This document shows, piece after piece, positions 1-9,550 of a DNA stretch of 64,000 nucleotides (positions within the stretch are counted from its first letter, which is position 1; each line of letters starts with the position of its first letter). Under the pieces are notes generated by a model. The model did not search any database. It had not been told where the DNA came from and worked only from the letters and a program-made list of their open reading frames with translations. Source of the stretch: an uncultured Acidimicrobiia bacterium (GTDB lineage: Bacteria; Acidobacteriota; Terriglobia; Versatilivoradales; Versatilivoraceae); contig CAWBAT010000006.1 in NCBI GenBank assembly GCA_963786955.1, positions 896,001 to 960,000 of the forward strand, given 5' to 3'. Made by a program: the position numbers and the translations under genes.

Positions 1-548
1 TCTGGAGTTGACTTCGTGAGAAAGGGGGTCTCGATCTCATAAAACCCCTGGGAATCCATGAAACGGCGGATCGCCATCGTAATGTGATGCCTCAGTTTGA
101 AGTTGCGAGCCATCGGAGTTCGTCGCAAGTCGAGGTAACGATACTTGAGGCGCAGGTCTTCGGAAGTGGCAATATCGTCTTCGATGGGAAACGGCGGGGT
201 TTTTGCCTCATTCAAGATGAATAGTTCAGAAACCAGGACTTCGATCTCGCCCGTCACGATTGCCGGGTTGAGAGTACCGGGATCCCGCTGAATCACTTTC
301 CCTCTAACGGCAATAACGAATTCCGAGCGAAGACTTTTGGCTTTCTGATGGGCTATTCCCGAATGGTCTGGGTTAAACAAGAGTTGCGTAATCCCTTCCC
401 GATCCCTCAAGTCAATGAAGATCAAGTGACCCAGATCCCGGCGGCCCGACACCCAGCCCATCAAGACCACTTCACGGCCTGCTTCTAAGATTTTTAGAGA
501 TCCACAGGAATGGGTTCTCTCCAGACTACCAAGTAAATCTAAATCCAA
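1..548 (-). CDS. aspS: aspartate--tRNA ligase, N-terminal part (runs off window start)
   Basis: Manual minus-strand translation gives ERTHSCG...EDLRLKYRYLDLRR...FYEIETPFLTKSTPE; TTG start at 548 with GGAAAGGAG RBS; follows hisS. Confidence 0.95.
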   Translation of the reverse strand, partial: MDLDLLGSLERTHSCGSLKILEAGREVVLMGWVSGRRDLGHLIFIDLRDREGITQLLFNPDHSGIAHQKAKSLRSEFVIAVRGKVIQRDPGTLNPAIVTGEIEVLVSELFILNEAKTPPFPIEDDIATSEDLRLKYRYLDLRRTPMARNFKLRHHITMAIRRFMDSQGFYEIETPFLTKSTP

Positions 549-573
549 CGGGTCTTCTCCTTTCCTTTCGATG

Positions 574-1824
574 TCATCCCGATTTCACGAAGGTCGCGAT
601 TTCTTCCTCGGTCATCTCCTGCTGGAAACCGTCACTCATCCTTTTCAGAAGATACCGTCCTTTCTTCATTTCGTCCTCTCCCAGGATGAGAACAAACCGG
701 GCGCCCAGTTTGTTGGCTAGCCGCATCAAACTCTTCAGGCTCCGCGCTTCAAAATCGAGCATACACCGGATGTTTCTGACACGGAAGTTACGGATCAGCC
801 GCGTGGCGCTCTCAAAAGCCGCTTCGCCGAGGGGAGCCAGAAACAATTCGGGCCCGAACTCCTGCTGCTCCAACTTGGCTTGCTGCAAGACCAAGAGGAT
901 TCTTTCCAGCCCTAACGCAAATCCAAAGCCTTTGGTCGGAGCTCCCCCGAGAGCTTCGGCCAACCCATCGTAGCGGCCGCCGCCAATCAAAGTATTTTGA
1001 GCGCCCAGAGCTTGACTTGTGATTTCAAACGTGGTTCGCGTATAGTAATCCAACCCTCGAACCAAGCGTGGAACCACCTTAAACGGAATCCCCCGGCTCT
1101 CCAGATAAAACAGGAATTTCTGAAAATGCGCACGACACTCCTCATCCAAAAAATCCGAAATCGAAGGGAGCGAATCAATCATCGGCTGGCAGGCAGGGAC
1201 TTTGCAATCGAGTACCCGCAGGGGATTGGTCTGCATTCGCCGCTGGCAGTCAACGCAAAAGCTCGCTGCCTTTTCCTGAATCGCTCGAGATAATACCTCC
1301 AGATAAGCCGGCCGGCATTTTGGACACCCAATCGAGTTCACCAGTAAGTCAAAGTCCTGAATGCCGATTTTCTTCAAGAACAGATCCAGCATTTCAAGAA
1401 CTTCTGCTTCAATCGCAGGATTATCAGACCCGAGGACTTCGGCGCCGATCTGATGAAACTGTCGATAACGCCCTTTCTGAGGGCGTTCCCGACGAAACAT
1501 GGGGCCCAAATAAAACAATTTCAGGATTTGCAACTCTTGATGCAAGTGATGCTCGAGGGTGGCACGCACGACGGGAGCTGTTCCTTCGGGACGTAAAGTC
1601 AGGGACTGATCGTCGCGATCTTCGAAGGTGTACATTTCTTTGGAGACGATATCTGTATCCTGTCCCACGCCGCGCGAGAAGAGCTCTGTAGATTCAAATA
1701 TGGGTGTCCGGATTTCGGAAAAGCCATAGAGCTCGAAGACCTCCCGGGCTGTGGCTTCCACCTGACTCCACAATTTTGACTCCGGCGGCAAGATATCGCG
1801 GGTCCCCTTAATTGCTTGGATCAC
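574..1824 (-). CDS. hisS: histidine--tRNA ligase
   Basis: Motifs KGTRD, LRPEGTA, FRRERPQKGRYRQFHQ, LVRGLDYY, GGGRYD. Confidence 0.98.
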   Translation of the reverse strand: MIQAIKGTRDILPPESKLWSQVEATAREVFELYGFSEIRTPIFESTELFSRGVGQDTDIVSKEMYTFEDRDDQSLTLRPEGTAPVVRATLEHHLHQELQILKLFYLGPMFRRERPQKGRYRQFHQIGAEVLGSDNPAIEAEVLEMLDLFLKKIGIQDFDLLVNSIGCPKCRPAYLEVLSRAIQEKAASFCVDCQRRMQTNPLRVLDCKVPACQPMIDSLPSISDFLDEECRAHFQKFLFYLESRGIPFKVVPRLVRGLDYYTRTTFEITSQALGAQNTLIGGGRYDGLAEALGGAPTKGFGFALGLERILLVLQQAKLEQQEFGPELFLAPLGEAAFESATRLIRNFRVRNIRCMLDFEARSLKSLMRLANKLGARFVLILGEDEMKKGRYLLKRMSDGFQQEMTEEEIATFVKSG

Positions 1825-2345
1825 GATCCCTGTTCTTTTCCTTTCAAATAATTTTCCTTAACCATCAGGTAATTCTGGGCGTAGCGATCAATACCCTGCA
1901 CTTCTGCGGGGGTCAATTCCCGGACAACCGTTGCGGGGGAGCCAAGTACCAGACTCCGAGGGGGAACTTGAAGCCCCATGGTCACGAGGGCGCCAGCACC
2001 TACAATGGAGCCTTCTCCGATCACGGCTTGGTCCATGACGATGGCGCCCATGCCGATCAGACAATGTGACCGAACGGTGCACCCATGCAGGATGACGCCA
2101 TGGGCTACCGTCACATAATCTCCAACTACTGTGGCAAAACGGTCGCGGGTGACATGCAAAATACAACCATCTTGAATGTTAGAGCATTTCCCGATTCGTA
2201 TAAAATAGACGTCTCCCCTGACGACCGAATTGAACCACACGCTGGAATGGTCACCAATCTCGACGTCCCCAATGACTTGAGCGCTTTCTTCGATCAGCAC
2301 ACCTTCGCCAATTTTGGGGAATTTATCGAGATAACCGCGGATCAT
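1821..2345 (-). CDS. gamma carbonic anhydrase family (YrdA/PaaY-like) hexapeptide protein
   Basis: VIGDVEIG..SSVW..VVRGD, NIQDGCILH, VAHGVILHGC; likely start MIRGY at 2345 rather than 2510. Confidence 0.92.
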   Translation of the reverse strand: MIRGYLDKFPKIGEGVLIEESAQVIGDVEIGDHSSVWFNSVVRGDVYFIRIGKCSNIQDGCILHVTRDRFATVVGDYVTVAHGVILHGCTVRSHCLIGMGAIVMDQAVIGEGSIVGAGALVTMGLQVPPRSLVLGSPATVVRELTPAEVQGIDRYAQNYLMVKENYLKGKEQGS

Positions 2346-2517
2346 TCCATTCCAGGTCGAGGAGAATCCAGAGTCACCGATTTCAGGGCGCACTCGGGAC
2401 ATCAATTTGCGGGAATTGGCGCCTGCCCAGTCACCGGTAAAACGAGGTCCGCAGGGCTCAGGCGCCAGAATATTAACGTCATTCACAAGAAGCCGGCACT
2501 CGCCGGGCATCCCATTC

Positions 2518-3147
2518 TTACTTCTTCACATACTTAAGAAAGCGCGCTTCGATTCGGCCCCAGTGCAGCTTAGCCAGAAAATTGTCAATGTATTTGGCAC
2601 GCGCCGGCCCATCTTTATGATAATAAGCATGCTCAAAAACATCACAGGAAATCAAAGGGATGCCGCCCCAGATCGCGCCGTATTGGTGTTCATCGACCAG
2701 CACGTTCAACAACCGTTGGGAATACAACGCATCATAAACCAGCAATCCCCAGCCACTGAGCTTGGCTGAGACAGCAGCGGCCTTGAAATCAGCTTTCCAG
2801 TTGTCAATGGACCCGTATTCAGAGGCCAATGCCGCAGACAGCTTTGGAGCCTTGGACACATCTCCATCTCCGCCCATTACTTCCCAATAGACATCATGAA
2901 GCAATGCCCCGGCATGATTCCAGGTGAACCGGCGTTTCAATTCCCCTATCTGACTGTAATTCCCGTTGGCTTTGGAACGGTCTGCGGTCTCCATTTCCTT
3001 CTCAATATTGTTGAGAAAGGTCACGTATCCCTTGTGGTGAGTGTTGTAATGCCAATCTGTGGTTTCCACAGACACCACATCTTTTAATAATTCCTTGGCA
3101 TCAGCATCCGAGTACGGTCGTGGATTAAACTTCCATTCATAGGCCAT
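2518..3147 (-). CDS. sod: Fe/Mn superoxide dismutase
   Basis: WHYNTHHKGYV, LLHDVYW, SGWG, DVFEHAYY metal-ligand motifs. Confidence 0.95.
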   Translation of the reverse strand: MAYEWKFNPRPYSDADAKELLKDVVSVETTDWHYNTHHKGYVTFLNNIEKEMETADRSKANGNYSQIGELKRRFTWNHAGALLHDVYWEVMGGDGDVSKAPKLSAALASEYGSIDNWKADFKAAAVSAKLSGWGLLVYDALYSQRLLNVLVDEHQYGAIWGGIPLISCDVFEHAYYHKDGPARAKYIDNFLAKLHWGRIEARFLKYVKK

Positions 3148-3234
3148 GTCATTGTCTCCTTAGACGTAAAAATGTCGAGAATGTTAAATTATGGGACGGA
3201 GCTCGTCACTGCCGAGGCTCGGAGTTCATCGGGT

Positions 3235-3263
3235 ATATTAATGTCGGATCCCAGGGGTGTCAA
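3235..3263 (-). promoter_or_regulatory. sigma70-type promoter for sod
   Basis: Minus strand TTGACA-17 nt-TAATAT about 90 nt upstream of the sod start; GTCAA-C-TTGAC inverted repeat overlaps the -35. Confidence 0.6.
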
Positions 3264-3372
3264 CTTGACGCCCCTGATCCCCAAGCAGTCTGAAGATACA
3301 CTGTTTCTCTGTACCGCAAGGAAGCTGGGGTCGCGGACTCCGCCTGATCTCCTTGCGAGTCCCGAAATCTAA

Positions 3373-3515
3373 GTACTTCTATTCATAAATCCGTTGATGT
3401 TAACGCCGGGTCAGCGACCCGGCCTACAACTATGTAGGCTTGGGGGTTTCTCAAAGCCCCAACCTCACGCGGCGTCTATCCTAAGATACGTTACCGTAAC
3501 TAAGAATAGCAGTCC
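3373..3515. mobile_element. 143-bp MITE, copy A, with internal GTAG-type palindromes
   Basis: Ends GTACTTCTATT / AATAGCAGTCC, flanked by TAA on both sides; close inverted copy at 5255-5397. Confidence 0.8.
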
Positions 3516-3545
3516 TAAGCATTGGATGATCGAACATCTTCTTCC

Positions 3546-4544
3546 TCAAAATGCCCAGCGAAGGAGAGATGCCCCTACCGTGAATCCGGCTCCAACTGAG
3601 GCCAGCAGCACCAGATCTCCTTTCTTGAGTCGTTGTTCCGCGATGGCATCCTGCATGGCCAGAGGAATCGTCGCCGCCGTTGTATTCCCATATTTTTGAA
3701 GATTGATAACGACTTGATCATCCCGAAGCCCTAATCGCTCCGCCGTTCCCCGGATGATGCGAGCATTAGCTTGATGGGGAATCAGCAATCCGATATCCGC
3801 TGGCTTGAAAACATTCCTTTCAAGAATTAAACGGCTGATTTCTTCCATTTTCCGAGTGGCATATTTGAATACAGCCGGTCCATCCTGTTTGACGTAATGC
3901 AACCGGTTCTTTACGGTATCGCAACTAGGAGGTAGCAGGCTGCCACCGGCCGGCATATTTAAGGACTTGCCCCCAGAGCCATCCACTTCTTGATAGAAAT
4001 CGATAATAGAATTTGTGCTTTCTTTAGCGGGCTCCAATAAGACGGCCCCGGCCCCATCCCCAAAAATCACGCAGGTGGCCCTATCTTCATAGTCAATGAT
4101 GCTGGACATCTTGTCGGCCCCGACGACAACCACTTTGGAATAAATCCCCGCCGCGACGAAGGAATGCCCGACGGACAGCCCATAAACAAATCCGCAGCAA
4201 GCGGCCGAAAGGTCAAATCCCCAGGTCTTCGGGATGCCGAGCTTGTCCTGCACCAGGCAAGCGGTCGAAGGAAAAAACATGTCGGGGGTAACGGTCGCCA
4301 CAATCAAGAGCTCAATCTCTTTGAGATCCAGCCCGGTATTCAAGCAAAGCTGCCTGACGGCCTCGACCGCCATATCCGATGTGCCCTTCCCTTTCTCAAG
4401 AAGGCGGCGCTCTGAAATTCCTGTGCGTTGTAGAATCCACTCATCGTCGGTGTCCACAATCTCTGCAAGATCATGATTCGTCAGAACCCGATCGGGAACA
4501 TAACACCCGACACCACTAATCTGTACCGGATTAACCGATTTCAT
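3546..4544 (-). CDS. fabH: 3-oxoacyl-ACP synthase III
   Basis: DLSAACCGF catalytic Cys, FGDGAGA, PHQANARI, YGNTTAATIP. Confidence 0.97.
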   Translation of the reverse strand: MKSVNPVQISGVGCYVPDRVLTNHDLAEIVDTDDEWILQRTGISERRLLEKGKGTSDMAVEAVRQLCLNTGLDLKEIELLIVATVTPDMFFPSTACLVQDKLGIPKTWGFDLSAACCGFVYGLSVGHSFVAAGIYSKVVVVGADKMSSIIDYEDRATCVIFGDGAGAVLLEPAKESTNSIIDFYQEVDGSGGKSLNMPAGGSLLPPSCDTVKNRLHYVKQDGPAVFKYATRKMEEISRLILERNVFKPADIGLLIPHQANARIIRGTAERLGLRDDQVVINLQKYGNTTAATIPLAMQDAIAEQRLKKGDLVLLASVGAGFTVGASLLRWAF

Positions 4545-4831
4545 CGAGAAAGCTCTCCATTCTGAGCGTTGTCTGCATCGCTATAATCTATTGAATAACG
4601 ATCCCAACCGAGCCGACCTATCTTATGGCAAGCAAGAGGAAATGTAAACGACTGGAATTGATTGGGATCAAACTCTCAGGGGAATGCCTTTGACTTAGTC
4701 AATCGGGGCTGTGATATCTGTTTTTTCAGCCGTTTTTGGTACAACCATCCGGGCCATCACTGGCCATAGCTCGGAGCAGACCCGATCCTCGCAGGGAAAA
4801 GTATCTCTAATTTGTAGGGCAGGAATGAATC

Positions 4832-5218
4832 ATGAGCATGAGTTTTAATCGATTTTTTTCCATTAAACAAGCGAATGCCTTGATCCCCCAGCTCAGGGAG
4901 ATGCTGACGCAAGTGAGAATCGAACGAGAGCGAATGTTGGCAATGCAACCGGAATTGGAAAAGGCCCAGAGCCACCATATTTACGATTGGGGGACTCCCA
5001 AAGGCCCCGAATACATCCGGATCCTCGAGGCTCACCAGAATGCCGTTAGGAATATTGAAGACTTAGGAGTTCTGGTGAAAGACTTTGATATTGGTTTATG
5101 CGATTTCCCGCACAAAAAGGGCGGACGGATTGTTTTCTTGTGTTGGAAACAAGACGAGGACGAAGTCTCGTGGTGGCATGATTTGGAATCCGGCTTTGCG
5201 GGCCGCCAACCGCTTTAA
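4832..5218 (+). CDS. DUF2203 family protein
   Basis: LVKDFDIGLCDFP, FLCWKQDE, WWH..SGFAGRQPL signature. Confidence 0.85.
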   Translation: MSMSFNRFFSIKQANALIPQLREMLTQVRIERERMLAMQPELEKAQSHHIYDWGTPKGPEYIRILEAHQNAVRNIEDLGVLVKDFDIGLCDFPHKKGGRIVFLCWKQDEDEVSWWHDLESGFAGRQPL

Positions 5219-5254
5219 CTTTTCAATCGTTGTCGGTCCAAGACCCTCAGCTTA

Positions 5255-5397
5255 GATGCTTTTCATAATTCCGGTGACGTATCTTAGGATAGGCGCCGCG
5301 TGGGGTTGAGGCTTTGAGAAAGCCTCAACGGCCTACAAAGTTGTAGGCCGGGTCACCGACCCGGCGTTAACGTCACCGTAATTGCAAATAGCAGTAC
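5255..5397. mobile_element. 143-bp MITE, copy B (inverted relative to copy A)
   Basis: Reverse complement aligns end to end with 3373-3515; flanked by TTA, one copy of which is the murB stop codon. Confidence 0.8.
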
Positions 5398-6315
5398 TTA
5401 GACAGCAAATCCAATGAGTTCTTGCTCGAGTTCGAGATCAATTCCATACTGACGCCGTACTTCCTCCCGGACCAAACGGATGAGTGCCATCACATCCGCG
5501 GCTTGCGCATCTCCGAGATTGACAATGATCCCTGCATGCTTCGGCGAGATTTGAGCGCCTCCAACTCTTTTCCCCTTAAGCCCTAATTCTTCGATGAGCT
5601 TCCCCACATAATGTCCCGGGGGGCGCTTAAAGACACTCCCTGCGGAAGGATACTGCCAAGGCTGCTTCTCATGCCGTCTGGACAGGATATCTTGGCGCGT
5701 GAGGAAGAGACTTTCTTTCTCCCCGTTGAGAAAATTAAACGTGCAACTGAGAATATATTTGTCCTGAATCGCTGGGGCACTGCGATATGAGAACCCCACA
5801 TCTGTTTTATCCAGCCTGAGGTGATTTCCCATCGGATCCATACACTCTACGCTAAGCATGAAGTCCGAGATCTCTGCTTCAAAAGCGCCCGCATTCATTC
5901 GAAGAGCTCCTCCCAGTGTTCCGGGTATCCCTGAGAGCTTTTCCAAACCGGATAAGCCGCGTTTTAAGCATTCCACAACGAGTTCATCCAGGACTAGTCC
6001 GGCTCCTGCCAAGACCCTCGATCCATTGAATTCCAACTGGTTAAAGTTCTTCAAGTGAACGGCCACCCCGTCAAATCCTGAGTCTGAAATCAGCACATTA
6101 GCCCCGCCACCAAGAACGAACATCGGAATGCGATGACTTCGAATCCAGTGGTTCAGAATATGCAACTCTTTCAAATTGGCCGGGCATACAAAGAGTTTCG
6201 CAGGACCGCCAATCCGATAGGTGGTTTTATGCTTGAGCGGTTCGTTTTCCAGAACCTCCCCGCCAAACTGTTCTGTTAATTCATCTTTGAGCTTTCGAAC
6301 CCAGTCGTTCATCAA
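5398..6315 (-). CDS. murB: UDP-N-acetylenolpyruvoylglucosamine reductase
   Basis: TTYRIGGPA, LGGGANVL, GIPGTLGGALRMNAGA, PSAGSVFKRP, KHAGIIVN. Confidence 0.97.
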   Translation of the reverse strand: MMNDWVRKLKDELTEQFGGEVLENEPLKHKTTYRIGGPAKLFVCPANLKELHILNHWIRSHRIPMFVLGGGANVLISDSGFDGVAVHLKNFNQLEFNGSRVLAGAGLVLDELVVECLKRGLSGLEKLSGIPGTLGGALRMNAGAFEAEISDFMLSVECMDPMGNHLRLDKTDVGFSYRSAPAIQDKYILSCTFNFLNGEKESLFLTRQDILSRRHEKQPWQYPSAGSVFKRPPGHYVGKLIEELGLKGKRVGGAQISPKHAGIIVNLGDAQAADVMALIRLVREEVRRQYGIDLELEQELIGFAV

Positions 6316-6595
6316 TGGGATTATTTCACCAAGTAATCTTGTTGCACCATTCTTTTTATAAAATCAAGAGTTCAGGACCAACGATCATCTTCGTACGGAT
6401 GGAGATCTGTGCCACATGGAGCATTCCGAAACGCCGAATCAATGCAACCACTTTGCCCCTGTGACGAACATTTCTTCCGCAGAGAGCTTTCTCATTTATT
6501 ACATTACTGTGACAAATCACAGCCAAGCACCAATTATGCTCTGTTTCTTGCGCGAAAGGGTTTAGATTTGATTCTAATCACCAGGTGATAACTCA

Positions 6596-9470
6596 ATGAA
6601 GCCGAGCAGGTTCTTATGGTTTGGGGTGCTGATCCTCATCCTCAATAGTGCCTATCTATGGCCCTTGGCAGAACCCACCCTTTTTTATCTCAGCAATTTG
6701 ATACTTCATCTCCTCCTGGGTTCCCTCCTCACCATTTTTATCATTCATTATCTGTGGAGAAATTTCTCCAGTTTGTCCGGGTTGTCACGTGCGGGGTTGA
6801 TTTTGTTCCTTGTCTCCTCGATTCCGGCTTTCGTTCTGATGAAGATTGGAGCGTTGACGCCTTATCGCTGGATTTTGAAGACTCACATCGCCATCGCCGT
6901 CCTTTCCGTGCTTTTGCTTGGGCTCGCATTGAAATCCCTGCTCAATCGAGGTCTTGCGAAAGGGGTACCCTCTCTCCGCCTTGCGTGGCTCGGCTATACC
7001 ATCATCTTGCCAGTCCTCTTCTTATTCCCGGCAGGTGTCAAGACCTATCAACATTTTTTCCCAGACCCATCGGATCACATACAGAATCCCACAATGGCTC
7101 CAACTTCTATGGATGAAGAAGGGGGAGGAAGGCAAAGTCCTTTCTACCCTTCATCGGCTAACACAACTACCGGGAAGACGATCCCGTCGAACTTCTTCAT
7201 GACTTCAGAGACCTGCAAGCGCTGTCACGCCGACATTTACGAACAGTGGGACTCATCCATGCATCATTTCTCCTCTTTCAATAACCAATGGTACCGAAAG
7301 TCGATCGAGTACATGCAGGACACAGTGGGCGTAAAATCCTCGAAATGGTGTGCCGGCTGTCATGACCACGCGGTATTTTTCAACGGGCGGTTTGATACTC
7401 CCATCAAGGAGCAAATCAACACTCCTGAAGCACAAGCGGGTTTGGCCTGCACTTCGTGTCATTCGATTGTGAAGGTGAACGACACCATGGGGAATGGAGG
7501 ATTTGTCATTGAATACCCGCCACTCCACGACATGGCAGCCAGCAAGAACAAGTTTATCGAGTGGGTTCATGATTTCCTGGTCAAAGTCGATCCGGAGGCG
7601 CACAAAAAGGTCTTCATGAAACCTTTTCACCGCGAAAACACGGCCCAGATGTGTTCTTCCTGTCACAAGGTCCATTTGGATGTTCCTGTAAACGCCTATC
7701 GTTGGCAGCGCGGCTTTAATGATTATGATAACTGGCAGGCCAGCGGTGTCTCAGGGCAGGGAGCCCGATCCTTTTACTACCCGAAGCAATCGATGAAATG
7801 TGTGGATTGCCACATGCCGCTGGTTCCTTCCAATGATTTTGGGAACATCAACGGGAAAGTACACTCCCATCGATTCCCTGCGGCCAACACCGCGGTTCCA
7901 CTGGCAAACGGGGATCAGAAGCAATTAGACACGGTCATCGAGTTCTTGAAGAACAAGCATGTCTCAGTTGACATTTTTGCCCTTGCCAGATCCCAAGGGT
8001 CTGGCGGCAACGAAGAACCCGCAGCCCAGAAGAAAGGCGCTGACGCCCTGCAGCTTTCAAGCACTTTCGCAATCGGCGAAGAATCTGAGTCGTTTGGCAC
8101 CACCACTCCTGCGAGCGCTCCCGCTGTCGAATTCTTGGCTCCGATTGAGAAAGTTGCCCCCGTCGTTCGTCGAGGCGACTCCGTCCGTGTCGATGTCGTC
8201 GCCCGAACGCGCACCGTGGGCCATTTTTTTCCAGGCGGAACCGTTGATGCCTTTGATGTGTGGATGGAGCTTCAAGCAGTGGACGACAAAGGTCGGATCA
8301 TCTTTTGGAGTGGCAAGGTGGACGATGGAGGGAATGGCCCTGTCGAATCCGGCGCTCATTTTTATCGCTCTTACCTCTTAGACGAGCGCGGCAATCACAT
8401 CAACAAGCGCAACGCCTGGGCCGCCCGCTCTGTTCTCTACGTCCGGCTCATCCCTCCAGGAGCCGCGGACACAGCCCACTTCCGGCTGAACGTTCCAGAA
8501 ACTGCCGGAGATCGGATCACCTTGAAAGCCAAGCTGAACTACCGGAAGTTTGCCTGGTGGAACACGCAATGGTCTTTTGCGGGGATTCGCGACCCCCTCG
8601 ATACCGAGTTTGGCCTGGATAAGGCGTACGATGATGGGCACTGGGTCTTCAAAGGCGACCTTTCTCAAGTTTCGGCCAAGTTGAAATCGATTCCCAACCT
8701 CCCCATTGTCACGATGGCCGAAGACCAGAAGGAAATTCGTGTCATGGATAAGAAGTCCAGGTTGCCTGAAGTGAACTCCATTTATTCCAAAGAAGACCTT
8801 TTCCGTTGGAACGATTACGGAATCGGATTACTGTTACAAGGGGACTTGAAGGCAGCTGAGGCTGTGTTCTTAAGGGTCACAGAGATTGACCCGACTTATG
8901 CTGATGGGTGGGTGAACGTCGGCCGGGTGCGCGTCCAGGAAGGAAACACGGCCGGCGCCCAAGAAGTGTTGAAAAAAGCCCTGGAGATTGATGGAGAGCT
9001 TGCCAAATCGCATTACTTTTACGCCTTGACTCTCAAGACTCAAGGAAAGTATGACGAGGCGTTGACTCATCTGCGTAAGGCTCTCTCCAAATACCCTCGC
9101 GATCGGGTGGTCCGAAACCAAGCGGGAAGAATTACTCTTTCTGAAACGCCAGTACTCAGAGGCGATTCAGGAATTCCAAGAGACTCTGAGAGTGGATCCT
9201 GAAGATCTCCAAGCCCATTACAATTTGATGCTTTGCTACCAAGGTCTCGGGAATACTGAAATGGCTGATCGCGAAAGAAAGCTCTATCTTCGCTTTAAAG
9301 CCGATGAATCGGCTCAATTTATTACGGGCCCCGTCCGTTTACGGCATCCAGAAGCAAATAACGAGCGACTTCCTATCCATGAGCACCGCTCTGTTCCATT
9401 GGAGACGGTGAGAGCACCTGTGCGAAAAACTCATTCGGAAACTAAACAACTCGCACGCATTGCGGAATAG
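6596..9470 (+). CDS. membrane-anchored penta-heme c-type cytochrome with C-terminal TPR repeats (one frameshift near 9133)
   Basis: N-terminal hydrophobic helices; CxxCH x5 (CKRCH, CAGCH, CTSCH, CSSCH, CVDCH); removing one base near 9133 reads RILFLKRQYSEAIQEFQETLRVDPEDLQAHYNL into ORF 9192-9470. Confidence 0.85.
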
Positions 9471-9550
9471 TTGGTTTTTGGTTTCGAAGCAGGAATCACA
9501 ATGAAAAGTACCCAGGCTCTTCTTCGCTTTTGCAAGAAAGGAATAATTCA

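Noticed and set aside
4690-4702. TTGAC-TTA-GTCAA palindrome between fabH and DUF2203
   Set aside because: Short and single-copy, with no cognate regulator evident; it may just overlap a -35 box
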